A stretch of 64,000 bases of DNA from Lama glama. Taxonomy: Eukaryota. This document shows positions 51,105 to 64,000 of the stretch, one piece after another. A program made the translations under genes and the position numbers. The stretch lies in NCBI GenBank assembly GCA_028534125.1, contig CM052817.1:51462001-51526000 (forward strand), in the 5' to 3' direction. A model generated the notes under the pieces. The model was not told the origin of the DNA. It saw only the letters and a list, made by a program, of their open reading frames with translations, and ran no database searches. Each line of letters opens with the position of its first letter. The stretch's first letter is position 1.

Positions 51105-52944
51105 ATGCCTTCTATGGTAGTATGTTAAGTATAGGTATACTTTAAGAAATATATAATTGCTCACTGTTGAGTCTCTGGAGCATGTAGGTGATGAGTATAA
51201 TTGTTGAATGAATGAATAAATAAATAAATAAATCTGTGGTTGGAAGAGAAACATTTCCTGATTTAAAAGAATATGGATTCAGATCCTCGAGATTGTTATA
51301 AAAGAGCAATGAACACAAGCCCTCCATAGTTATAACTTTAAATGTGCTTCTCATGGAAACAGTATCATATGTATTAATTATATATTATATGTGTGGATAG
51401 CCTTTTGTGAAACTTATGACCTAGGAACCCAACTTCTTTTCATAAATGCATTTTATTTTGGGATATGATTTCCAATATTTGGATACATTAGTTACGAGTG
51501 ATATAGGAGTGCTACCTTTTCATAAGCTAAACTGCCTAAACCCATGTTATCCAAATCAGTTGATAATAAGTTGCCATATAATGAATATATGCCCTTAAAA
51601 TTAAATATTAAGACACTACTTGACAGTTCTCCACCTTGCTGCGTCTCTATATGACACACTGGCCATTCTGCTCTAATTAATAATTGAAGTTACATGAACT
51701 TGAAGTTCAAATAACTATGCACAGTTTACCTCAGCAGCCAGACCAAGTCCATTCTGGGAAGCATCATTCATTCCTTCTTTTTCATACACAAAACCCAACA
51801 AACATCTCCTAGAATTATAGAGTAACTATGCTGGTCATCAACCAGTGATGTGAAAATTAAATTCAAAACCCTCCCTAAATCAAAACTCATAAACTACCCT
51901 CTATTACCATTATTCTTTCATTAAAAGGGAGAATTCTAATACTAAAACAATAAGAAACATATGATCCCAAAATAAAGAATAATCCATTAAATTGAATGTA
52001 TTGGGTTTTATGAAATACCTACTTGTTTCTTATTTCTTTAAGAATTAGTGAAAACTTTGTTATGGTCTATTGGCTAATATTTGGAAATGATGTAAACTTT
52101 GTATCTTCATTTACAGACTGGAACACTTAACTTCTTGTGCAGGTTTTTTTTTTAAAACTCAGCTGTGTTCCCTCTGACTTGAATGTAAATTCAAGGTCCA
52201 CATGTGACAAAATAAACAAATTAAAGTGTAAGTGTTTCTAAAAAACCTTTACGTCGCGGTGTTGTTTACCATTATTTCTAACTCAGTGTATACACCCAGA
52301 CCCCAGTTGGGAATTTAATCAGAAACTGTGCTAAGTTTACAATTCATCTTTGAAGAGTATCCCAGATACTGTTCAGAGTTGATTCTAAGCAAAAAAGTTG
52401 CTTTTCTGTAGAATAAAGCAATCTGAACACAATACAATTACACAGGACTAATACGAGGATGCCTAGAGCAAGCTGGGCCTGACTGAATATTTTTAACGTT
52501 AAGACTCCCATCTAAAGTTTAACCATACTCCTTAGGCTTCAGCAAAATAGAATCTAAGTGAAACTTTAATCTGAAAGCTTAATGGACTGTAACCTCTCCT
52601 TTGATCTCAGAGGACTGATGGTAGTTTTCATGCCCGATGCACTCTCCCTTTGGTTTCCCAAATCTCTAACATGCTCAGAAACACTTCCACCCACAGACAC
52701 TCAGATACACACAACCTAGTAATAGATACAGAAAAACACTCAGAAGAGGCCCAGGATTGAATATGTCAGTGTGCTAGAAGTCCTAATAAAAACGTCACAT
52801 GCTAGAATCCTGTGGATGCGTTTTCTGGAATTAACCCGATATTTGAACTCGTTCTTATCCCTAGACACTTGACTTTATTTCTGGTTCTGGATTTTAATTT
52901 TTCTCCTGGATTGTGACTTCTGAACTTTTCTCACTATTTTAGGG

Positions 52945-53190
52945 CTTCCTTCATTTATTCAACAAAATACCATCTATTGTAAGTGTACTTTGTACTAGTG
53001 CTGTGTACATCACAAATGGAGATATAAGAAACAAACTCCATGCTGCTCATAGTTTAATGGAGGAAACAGGCTGTAAACATTAACTCACAAGCATTAGCAT
53101 ACTTACTGTGTGCCCGTGACTGTATATGGCATTAGAGAATCAAATATGGGTATCTTATCTCCATTTTCAGGAGGTTTAAAATCTAGATTT
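52945..53190 (-). mobile_element. L2 3'-end fragments
   Basis: 'ttcatttattcaacaaaat...gctcatagtttaatggaggaaacag' and 'acttactgtgtgcc...aggaggtttaaaatctag'. Confidence 0.65.
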
Positions 53191-54754
53191 CAGTACGTTC
53201 GTTTGCTCCATTCCCACTTCTGATCACAGTAGAATCTGCCACTCCTGGGTCTCGGTGTCTTTCAGATTGCGGTATATTGTCATAGCCAGCACGAGTGAAG
53301 AAGGAAGCAGTTTGAGTAAACAAGGGATGTTCCCCATTGGTTTTATTTCATCTTTTCATGTTTAACCTCATTAAACATAATGACAGTGTTCATTATTCAA
53401 AGTGGACTATATCCTGATTAAGGGGAGAATCTTTTTTCTAAGGCCAGTGTCTGAGTTTAGCAATTACCCTATTGCTTGTCCTAATGAGTTTCAGTATATC
53501 ATGGAAAAAATGGAGACTCGGTTCATAGTGATACCCGTGTAAGGACTGAAGCATGCTACATCCTGAATATTCATTCCTCACTTACTGCTCTTCCTCCTGC
53601 CTGTGTGCCAGGAGGAAAGAACATATCATCTTGTGTTTTTCTACTTCATTTCCACATATGATGAAGGCATCGAGGTCTTTGTAAGTTTATACAGGTCCGC
53701 TACCTGATTCCTCAAGTTTCCTGGATAATTTTGTGAGTGCATTTCTTTAAAATTTTATTTGTAGAAATTCTTTCTGTTTTAGCATATCTTTAGCCAAACA
53801 AAACTTCAGCCAACATCATGGGCTGCTTTCACTTCACAGCAGTATATTTATAACCATTCAAGAACCGAAATATCATTTTGACTTTCATTTTTGTAAAAAG
53901 AAAGGGTTACATAAACCAGCAGATAAGAGATTTTGGATGATTGTGCATTCTATGTAAATGTCATAGGAAAAAATGTAAAGAAGATATTTTTAAAAACTTA
54001 AAGTGCTATTTAGATCTCTGCTAAAATGATAGTTTGCTCACAGAAAAAAAAACTGAATGAGATTTAAGTATCATGAAGGAACATCACATTAATTTGATTT
54101 TTAATGTATTTAATAGGATGGTGTGCATTTAGATTGAGGGAACAAGAACAAATTCTTTTTAATCCAACTCAGTTTTTTCTCTGTACTGTCAAACCTGAAA
54201 TCTGGGCACCACCTGAGCCTCATACAAAGACAAGGTATAATTTTGGCCATTTTATTTAGCTTTCTAGGATGTCAGCCAGAAGCAATCTCAGATAGGAAAT
54301 TTAGGATCTAAAATGTGTTCAAAATCCTGAAGTTAAAAAAAATAGTGTAGCTAATTGTAGTAAGAGTTATTCCTCATAAAAACTGAGTTAAGAGTCTTAA
54401 GAAATGGGCTTGGGATGTGGGAGAAAGTATTTAGGTCAGATGATTGAAGAATAGGCTGTATCATGAAAGGAAGGTTTTCTGTCTGTTTCCTTAGTGCAGA
54501 TGGTTTTGGTGAATTTCTACTTGGGAGATTTGAAAAGAAGAATCAATTCAACAAATATGTACTGAGAGCCCAAGTATTTTGCTGAAGGATCCAAAATATG
54601 AATATACATAGTGTTCTTTTTCTCAAGGAACTTTCGGTTTAGTTTGAGAAACAGGCACACTATAAATATCTATAATTCAGTGTACTACATGCATCTACAT
54701 TTATTGGACATTTTTATGGAAATCTGGTGAGAAGTTAGACTCACCCAGGAAAGG

Positions 54755-54960
54755 CCATGTGTGTGGTAAGAGGTTAAAAGCAAGGACTCTGAATTGATGT
54801 TGCCAGAATCCAAGATCCATAATTCATTAACTTTACTAGTTTTTCCATCTAAATAATAATAAACTCATTGTCGGACTGTGGGGAGTATAAATTGTGTTAA
54901 AATATGTAAAATATTTAGGAAAGATCTAGGCACATTTTTAGTTCTAAATAAATTGTAAAC
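54755..54960 (+). mobile_element. MIR fragment
   Basis: 'gaggttaaaagcaaggactctg...ataataataaactcattgt...aatatgtaaaatatttag...ctaggcacat'. Confidence 0.6.
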
Positions 54961-55365
54961 AATTACTATTATATATTATTTAAAATACATATCCCTGGGT
55001 CCCTTGACTCTGTACGTTGTGTGTACTATGCAAGAACTGGCATTTTTAATAAACCAACAGAGGTGGTAGTGATGCTGTTGATGATTAAACCAGTGTTTGG
55101 AGATCTCTGTTTGTAGGTCATTCAAATTGAGTCAAAGAATAAAAGAAGGTAGGAAGCTTAGAATATTTTCAATTAAAACAGGAAAAATGAAGAGATATTG
55201 TATAAGTAAATAGTTGAGAAGGAAATAAAAAGAACAAAGAAAGATTGAAGAGGTTTTACATATAGAAATAATAAGCTAAGGTATATATATTTAAGTAAGC
55301 ATGATCCCCATTAAGTTGAATGAAAATTCTGTGCACACAGATACTTACCTAGGAAAACCTGGCAT

Positions 55366-55397
55366 GCATATATATATGTATGTATATATATATATAT
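55366..55397. repeat. (TA)n-rich microsatellite
   Basis: Seen directly. Confidence 0.85.
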
Positions 55398-57319
55398 ACA
55401 TATATACATATATATATGAGACTCACTCAGTACATCTCTTGCTGAATGTTGAATTCTGTCAGCTTTAAGGTATTTTCTCTGAGAAAAAAATTAGTTAAGA
55501 TGGTTTAAATAGAAAAAAAATTACCTCAGTCATTATTTAGTTTTCATTTAGATGTACATTTTCAAAACCAGGTTGCATAAATCAAATTCAATTATTTAAT
55601 GTCAATATAAGTTTTTCTAGTTTTATATTTTATGGTTACTATTTCTAATTAGACAGAATTTTATATTTTATTATAAATACCAAGACTTTTCTTTTCATGT
55701 CTTTTCTCTAACAATGGTAGCCCAGATTTTTTTAAATGCTTATATATACGTATGAGTGTTTATCTAGTATTAATCTATAAAAGTCAGAAGAATCAATCTC
55801 TCAAAATAATCTGTAGTCACTGTACACATCATTTTTCAGTTATATAGAAAACATTAAACTTTTTATGATAAATTAGTGAAAATGCCTCTGAAGTTAGGTG
55901 CTGTCAGTGGGTGTACTTATGCAAGCAGCTGGCAGGTTGTCAGCGTAAACAGTTTATTTTTTTCAGAGCCGCTTTGCGGCAAACTTCTGTGACTAGGACA
56001 AGTATATATTTTGGTAATTTATTAGCTCTACCTCATTATGAATGGAATGTCAATATGGGAACGTATCAGAATTATAAACATATGTATCTTCTCATGAATG
56101 TAAGTGTATACTTTACCACTGAATATGAGAAAAACATAAGCTATCAAATTGAGGGCATATCAGTTGCTCTCTAAATATCACTGCAGAAATGAACTGTATC
56201 AGCAGTAAGACTATATGAAACCATAAAATAAATAATAAAGAGAGATCATCAAGAAAGTTTTTGTCTTAATGATGCTACAAGGTGATCAGCTCTAAAATAT
56301 GGCTCTAAATTTTTCTGAAAATTAATAAATTAAAAGTACACTGAGATTTCCAATTAAAGCAAGAAATTTAATTATGAGTATCGAGATCTATAAAGCTTTT
56401 CTCTTTGCTTTTTAAAAAATTTCCAGTGTGTATTTGCTGTGTGACATTTTGGAATAATTACATTTCTAGTATTTTTCTTTTGCTATGGTGTACTTTTTAT
56501 GAGGAATGTAATTCGGTATGATCAAAAATTATTGAGACTCTGCTTATCAGATATATATTAAGGAAACTTTTCCATTTAGTCTTGTAACTTACCTCGCTCA
56601 TTTGTGCCAAGTGAACTGGAGTCGTTATGGCTGTTATACTTCTTTTTTGGGGATAAGTGAAAGATACTCTGTGTCCAGTGTTTGAACTTTACAGTTAGCC
56701 CAACTAATTAGATCTTGTCAAGATAGAAATTTCAGATACCATTATAAAACTTTAACATCCTATTTTATGTGAAAAGAAACTGGTTAGAGCAAACCTCAAC
56801 ATCACCTGAAATAAATTGTGCTTTTATTTATGTGACTCACTAAAGTTTTTAAATGTTATGTTTTGACCATTAAATACAATTTTACAATCTTCTAAGGCCT
56901 CCATGGGCTTGCCAACTGTCACTTATCTGTGATAATTAGGAACAGAGATACACAGATAAATGAAATTCACAGTGATTCAGGTAGCCCCTATGTCGCTCGA
57001 TTCAATTCTCTTCACTATAAAACCTTTCCTGGAGCTGCCAAGTCTTAACAACATTTGACAGAATTGAGCTTAACCTTTTCTTTCTTTCCTTGCTATTCTT
57101 CTGGTGGGAGTTATTATTGAGAGGAAAAAAAATAGTGGCCAGAGCAATAGGCTGGCAACATTTCAGGGCTGACATGCCAAATGTTCCTTGACTAAATTGC
57201 TTCTGGAAGAAAAAGGGAGAAATAACTCACTCAAAAGTTCTTTCTGTTCCATTGCTATAGATCCCAGCACACCACTGAGTAAAACAGTGAGAGTCAATCA
57301 CATGGCTTTTAGTATTTTC

Positions 57320-57510
57320 TTTCACTCATTCATTCATTCTTTTGTTCATTTTTTTTATTCTTTCATTCTTAAATACAGATAATCAATATATACTGAGTTT
57401 GTACGCTTTTCCAGGCATAATCCTAAACATTGGAGATACACAAACAATTGAAACCAAGTTTCTTTGTCATAGAATGAATCCATTGGACAATACAGATATG
57501 TAAGCTGACA
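57320..57510 (-). mobile_element. L2 3' end
   Basis: 'ttcactcattcattcatt...tactgagt...ccaggcataatcctaaacattggagatac'. Confidence 0.65.
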
Positions 57511-58281
57511 ACGGAGTATAAATTAGATACTATGAAAAATGTGTCACAAGGGAGTAGTCAGAATTGAAGCCATCATCATATGGTAGCCCAGTAAGTACCT
57601 ACTCTTAAGTTATCAGTCAACACTATGACTGGAATTTCCCAAAATATGTTCTATGGAATGTTCAGCAGAATGCTCATATGTGCTGTGAATAAGAGTTCTC
57701 TGGCAATACAAGCATGGAAAATATTATAATATATAAAACTAAATAGGATAATTTACTACATAGCTTTACTATACATATGTGTTTACCATATAAATTTACA
57801 CAGAGTCTTCAAAGTTTTCAATATTCATATCTTTAAAAGAGATACACTAGGAAGAGCTTCATAGTTGTCTTGCTAAAGATCACTTGTTTTCCATGAAATA
57901 TTTAGTGGGATTCTAGTTGCATAGGAAGTACTTTGAGTGCCATTACTTTAATAACTTCTTAAGCTTTAATTCAAAGTTAAAGAAAAACAAAAATAAAGTA
58001 CAGGGTAAAATTTAGGAGATAAAAATGAAGCTGTGCTTTTGGAAAGAATGTCAAAGACTGAATTCCATTACTTCATTCATTAGATTGCCTACAAATGCCT
58101 AGTTTCCCATGAACTCTTTGTCTTACTTTAAGAGGAATCATGGTGTGGTGAATTAAAATATGAGCTTTGAAGTCAGATATATCTGAATTCCAGTTTTTGT
58201 TGATGTTGTTCGTTAATTGTGTGACAGCTTCTCCTGGTCTTCCATCGCTGTCTTTCTCAGTTTTCTCCTCTCGTTTTCTCT

Positions 58282-58283
<2 letters not shown>

Positions 58284-58328
<45 letters not shown>
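58284..58328. repeat. (TG)22 microsatellite
   Basis: Seen directly; explains the CVCVCV ORF at 58217-58543. Confidence 0.95.
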
Positions 58329-58329
<1 letters not shown>

Positions 58330-58330
<1 letters not shown>

Positions 58331-59150
58331 ATGTATATGTTAAGTTCTGTACATCACCTGTGCAGGTTTGTGTATTCATCCACTCTGCAAGACCAGAGAC
58401 AACAGCATGAAGATCTCTCATATTGCCCTTTTATGGCCACATTCAGATCTCTCCTGCTTCCCCATCTCCCTGTCTCCAACCTTTGGCAACCACTAAGTTT
58501 TACCCCATTTCTAAAATTTTGTCATTTTACAAATATTATATAAATGGACTAATGCAATATTTAACATTTTGTGAATGATTTTTCTCCCTCAACATAATTT
58601 CTTGGGGTTGATTAGAATTGTTGCTTGTATCTTTGTAGCGTGTTGCTTTGCACCGCTGAGTACTGTTCCCTGGTACATTTGTACCAGTTTGTTTAATCAT
58701 TCACCCCTTGAAGGTCGTCTGGGCTGATTTTAGTTTCAAGGCTATTAAAAATAAAACTGCTGTGAATATGCATATATAGATATTTGGGATTCATGTCAAA
58801 GAGTAAAGTTGCTGCATTGTATAATAATTGCACGTTGAGTTTTGTAAGAAACAGCCAATTTTCCCTGAGTACTGTACCATTTCGCATTTCCACCAACAAT
58901 ATACGAGCAATTCAGTTTCTCCACATACTCATCAGCATTTGGTGTAGTCACTATAAAAAAATTAAATAATCTCAGATGGGTTTGTAGGGATATCTCATTG
59001 TGGTTTTCATTTGAATTTCCCTAGTGACTAATGACATTCAGTATCTTTTCACATGTTTACTTGACATCTGTATGTCCTCTTCAGTGGTATGTCTGTTCGT
59101 GTCTTTTGCCCATTTCCAAATTGAATTATTCATCTTTTACTGGTGAATTT
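58330..59150 (-). mobile_element. Old L1 (L1M) 3' region fragment
   Basis: 'ggcaaccactaa...tgtaccatttcgcatttccaccaacaat...tatctcattgtggttttcatttgaatttccct...tcttttgcccattt'. Confidence 0.85.
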
Positions 59151-59159
59151 TGACTCATC

Positions 59160-59660
59160 TTCACTTTTGAAAGTTAGTTTTGCTAGACATAGAATCCTCA
59201 GTTGACATTTTTTCTTTCAGCATGTTGAATATATCACTCTTTTCTGGCCTGCATTGCTTTTGCTGAGGAGTCAGCTAATTATTAATTCTTGTTCTTTTCT
59301 GCTTGTTGAGTGCTTTTCCTTTTACTGCTTTCAAAAACAATTTTTGGTGTCTTGGCATTCAGCAGTGCTACTATGATGTGTCTAGGCTTAGATTATGGTG
59401 TGTACACTAATTGGATTCAGTGGGCATTTCAGATTTGTACATCAATGCTTTTCATCAAATTTGGGAAATTTTTCATATTTATTCAAATATTGTGCCTATC
59501 ATTTTTTCTCTTTTCTTCTCCTTTTGAATTCTTATTACACATATGTGGATATGCTTTATTTAGTTCTAGAGGTCTCTTAGGCTCTGTCCACTTTTTGTTT
59601 CATCTTTCTCTAAATTCTTCAGATTGGATCCCTTTTGTTGATCTAGTCTCATGCATTTAG
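59160..59660 (-). mobile_element. Second old L1-family fragment (ORF1-side sequence)
   Basis: 'ttttgctagacatagaatcct...ttctttcagca...ttctggcctgcattg...ctgaggagtcagct...ctatgatgtgtctagg...catcaaatttgggaaatttt'. Confidence 0.65.
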
Positions 59661-62442
59661 TATATATTTCCCGTTTATTTATACTTTTATCACTATTTGA
59701 TTCTATGGATGCAATAAAACATAATTTATAGTAGTTTTATTTATTTTTAAACTATAGGTAAATGTTTGACTGTATTTGAAATTTGCATTTTCCCCTCATC
59801 TTTAAGTATTTGGAATTTTTATATAAAAGAATTAATGTTAACTCTTGTATAATGATGTATATTATGAATATAACATATTTTATATGTTCCTGTTGATGGT
59901 CATGGAAGTGGTTTCTAATATTTGGCCATTATAATGTTGGAGGTATCATCTTGGCATATGTATTCCTAGTCACAAGTGAAAATTCTGCTTTAGACTAAAA
60001 ATTCTACATTTCTATAATATAACTAGACTTATCTGTTATCTGTGTTTGCTTTATTTATGTTTTCCATTAGTAGAACATATTGGTGAAACGGATTGTGTTG
60101 ATAAGCAGAGAAAAGGGCAGTTAATAACTTGTTTTAATTTTAAGATTAAAATCACACGCAAAATAAATTTCACCATTCCCTCTTGTGGTTACTAACTTAA
60201 GGAAAAAAAGCCCTCAGAATAATTAAGGAACAACATAGGAAGATAAGGAAAAAATACAGGCAGAAGACCCAAGTAGGAAGAACAAATGTAAGAGTTCTCT
60301 TCCCTACTGCTATAACTCCACGAATGCTAAAGATTTTATATTTGCCTAGAATTCATAGCATTCTTAGAAAAATCCATTTTCACAGTAATTCTCAAATAAA
60401 AATTCATTAATAAAATGCAATAAAATATTTGGATTGAGTTGATAGAAAATTTCTATAAATATTACTCAATCTCTATCTTCAGATAGCATGCCCTGTTATA
60501 AAATTCTACAGTTTCATAACAAAAATTCATAGGTCAAAATTGAATTTGCATTAAACTAATGATCAACAACATATGAAAATGAACACAAAAAAATAAGAAT
60601 TGTCATTTTAAAACTATCACTAAACATTTGAAATTTTCATATCAAGTTTTGGGAAAGACGTGTACTTTTACTTAAGGAGCTATTTTTTGCTGAGAGCAGT
60701 TAGAAAACGCTCAACAAATGCAGAAGGAGGAATCTGCAATGGATCCATGGCTGTTCCTTCCTTTTCTTTGACCTCAAAGTGAGGAGCACTGTGGTTCTGA
60801 AGAATAAAGCTCTTCCCTGTGGAAGCTCCAGCTCCTGCCGGGACGACACAGTAACTGTGGACTGCCTCCATTTCTGCAGTGTCATTGGTATGGTTGTGGC
60901 AAATGGGTGCGATGGACTTCAGTCTATATTATGGCAACATAATCACTTAAACTTGAATAAGCTCAAAGCCCTGACGTAGCTGTTTCCCAACAAAAAAATG
61001 AAATGGAGATTTATGTTGAATAGCCACTGATTACAAGAATATGATTAATGTGAGCTATGGAATTGGTTTCTGGGTGCTGTTGTGAAGGCCTACACCAGAA
61101 GCGTAGTATCTACTGCAAATGAGGGTAGCATGATGACCACAGATCACAAACAATATTATATTTCCTGGTCTATTTTATAGGCTGGATAAATAATCCAGAG
61201 TTGCAAATGGTTGCCTGCATTTTTTTTTTCTTTGTAGAATAGTAAGGGTATAATTGTATCTATTTTGCCTGAAACATTAAGCACACCAGAGGTTAATCTA
61301 CTTTATTTTCATTAAATTGAATCCCAAGTGAAATAGTTTTTTTTCCCTCATTTACTGAAACTTCATATTGCTTTGAAAAGAAAGCTTCCCCACAGAATTG
61401 ATACTTATTTATGAGAGGACAGTATTTACATTAAAGAGAGTGGTAACGTTACTCTAAAATTTTAAGTGTTACTCAGAACATGTACATTGAAATAACGCTA
61501 ATAGGACCATCTCTAACATCTCATGATTGTCATGAGGGAATTCTTCATTGTTGTGTGTGTGTTCGTGCACATCTGTGTGTGTTTCTACTGTGAAATCCTG
61601 AAACAGCAGAAACATATGACTCCTTAGATCTTAAATGTGTACTCCTTTTTAAGCAAAGTAACTGAGATCACAGTTATCTCTTTAGAAACATAAAAACTCA
61701 CAGAATATGTAAACTTTTGTAATAATACACAAAAGATTATTTATGTTACCACAGTTTAAAACTTGTTGGACCTTTTCTTGGTATAAAACAATAGAAAATA
61801 TACAGCTATTACAACTTAAGTATGGAGATGTCCTATTTATTGTAAAGTGGAACTAAAATAGATCAGTGGTTTATAAATCTATTTTTAGCTGCTTTTAAAA
61901 GTGTAACTTGTGGAACAAAATCACTGACAAACTAGATATAATGTACCATACTTAATGGGAAAGCTTTTTGATAAAACACTAATGAGATCATTTAAGATTT
62001 TAATTCAATTTATTAACTTAATTTCAAGCATACCAACTCACTTAGCTCATTCTACCTTTTACAATTATTGACCAGTTGATACATTTGAATTTGTTGTCCT
62101 AAGTAAATTTTTCAAGAAAAAAAGCTGATTAAAATACTTGAACTGTTCGTGACATAGTTCATCCTTTTATATAATATAAAATTGTTTACCTTCTTAAAAG
62201 TGGAATAACAACAAATATATAAGTAATCATGATATGTACATTTTTGTTTTTAAATTATTTTAATTACATTATTTTACTAAGATATATCTTTGTTTAAATC
62301 ATAAACTTCTCAGTGCATATTTTATCTAATGTGATGCTTTTGATTTTTCCAATCTCTAAGTCATTTCTCATACATCTGGCTAACTTTTTGAGAATAAATG
62401 AAGATTATTTTCCATTGTAGGTTATTGCAAGTTATTAAAATA

Positions 62443-62580
62443 CAATGGAAAAGAATCTGAAAAGGTATATATATGTAAATATATGCATATATGTGTAACT
62501 GAGTCACTTTGCTATACACCTGAAACTAACACAACATTGTAAATTAACTATACTTCAATTTAAAAAATTTAAAAAGAAAC
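62443..62580 (+). mobile_element. Short L1 3' tail (sense to EPHA5)
   Basis: 'aatggaaaagaatctgaaaagg...taactgagtcactttgctatacacctgaaactaacacaacattgtaaattaactatacttcaat' + A-rich tail. Confidence 0.85.
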
Positions 62581-64000
62581 AAGAATTTGAGGAAACACTG
62601 AAAAAAAAAGAAAAAATGGAGAAAGAATCGTTGCTTTTTTTTCCACTTTTAAAAATAAACATTAAAGAGAAAAAAGCAACTATGAATTGTTTTTCCAGGT
62701 TAAAAAGAAATCTCCTCTTTGCCATTCATATTTAGTGTTGTAGACAGATGCTCAATTGTCTATAAATTTCCCTGTGAAAATATTTATATAAACTTGAAAG
62801 TTTTAATCTCTATCTTTCTCAAGTGATTTTATTTGTTTCACAAATTGGATTTGAGCCCGTAAATGTTTGTACTGTTCCATGAGCAATAAAGTAATTGACT
62901 TCAGCTTTATTTCACACACAGAAAATTGAGTCATTTCTAGCAATATTGCTACATTGGAGTCATGAATTTTAAAGATGTTTTAAACAACCCAGACATCTAT
63001 TTGATGCCATCTTTTCCCCCCTAACATTATTGAGGAAATGTAACAGAATTATTGATTCCATTGATTTTTGCTGAAAGTTGATATATTTTGTCATATTTAT
63101 TTTACTAAAGAACTATAGCTATTAGAGAGATTGAATTTCTCAAACAGAAACTAATGCTACATATTTTTCCCCCTTTAAACCATTTTGTCCTTGTGGTTTT
63201 GCATAAAAACTGAGATACTTCAGTTGCTCAATGGACTTGTGTGGACCTGACCCAAAAGACAGTAAACTGATCAGGGAAAGGTGAGTGCTAGAATTCTGCA
63301 ACAAAGCTGCACACTTTTATGTTTTGACACAAAACATAAATACCTAGTTTATTAGGTAAAAAAAATTTTTCTCTTTTGTTGGTTAAAATGAACTTATATG
63401 CCACTGTATTTTATGCTTTAGAATTTTAACCCTTCAATATGAGAAAACATTAATATCAGGGAGTTCTGATCTGAAACATTAATTTGGCATGAATTAGTGC
63501 ATCAGTTTCTCTGGGTCTCAGTTTGCTCATCTGCAAGATGATGTGGTTGTGCTCTGTATGATTATGGCATGCATGTAGTGTGAAATGAGAAAATTAATCT
63601 TCTCAAATGTCGGTTGACTAGCTGTAGCTCAAAGCAATTCTTTATTGTATTATAGCTTTGAGGTTTTCACACATTCCAGGATTACTTTTGAATTATAACA
63701 AAAGGTCTTTCAAAGCATTATGACCCAAGCTAAAGTCTGGTCCTCTATTTGACTCTCACTGTTCAAGCATTTGGGCAGCCACTGGACAGGCAGGCAGACC
63801 AGGGACTCATATTTCTGTCCAGCATGCATTGGTCTTAATAATACAATGTTTCTTCCTAATGAGGCATGGCTTCTAGTGGACAGTAGCACATCAAAGGTAG
63901 TAAGAACAAACAGACAAAAAAGTCGATCCCAACAATTGTAGGATTCCTCACCTTTTTGCCATTGATCATGTTCCTAAATTACTTATTCTCTGAGGATTTT

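Larger units (their letters stand above)
33411..64000 (+). other. EPHA5: EPHA5 intron 2 (partial; runs beyond window end)
   Basis: Starts GTAAGC at 33411. The large exon 3 expected next (WEEIGEVDE...YQVC) is absent from the ORF track and was not seen by eye. Confidence 0.85.

Noticed and set aside
50908..51120. Hydrophobic 70-aa ORF with an internal repeat (membrane micropeptide)
   Set aside because: Arises from AT-rich low complexity and a 32-bp DNA duplication; no ATG start or splice support.
1..64000. CRISPR array, prokaryotic operon or foreign insert
   Set aside because: No regularly spaced repeat-spacer array or gene-dense segment; composition and repeats are consistently mammalian.

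Overview
Mammalian genomic DNA, most likely camelid (camel/alpaca/llama), judged from a Vic-1-type tRNA-derived SINE. The window holds the 5' part of EPHA5 (ephrin type-A receptor 5) on the + strand. It contains about 6.8 kb of upstream sequence, a CpG-island promoter (~6.8-9.4 kb), coding exon 1 (ATG 7872, donor after 8058), a 25.3-kb intron 1, the 65-nt exon 2 (33346-33410) and the first ~30.6 kb of intron 2; exon 3 is not reached. The rest is AT-rich intronic DNA with L1, L2, MIR, MaLR/ERVL LTR and hAT relics plus microsatellites. Nearly all other ORFs in the track are spurious or L1 debris. I cannot support a new multi-gene system. The best unexplained signal is a ~200-bp CpG-rich intronic patch (15697-15885) tiled by five hairpins that overlap cryptic splice sites. 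Also notable are antisense splice donors upstream of the promoter, a single uORF, and a weak exon-1 donor followed by G-runs. Repeat family names come from recalled consensus sequences, not a database search, and their boundaries are approximate.
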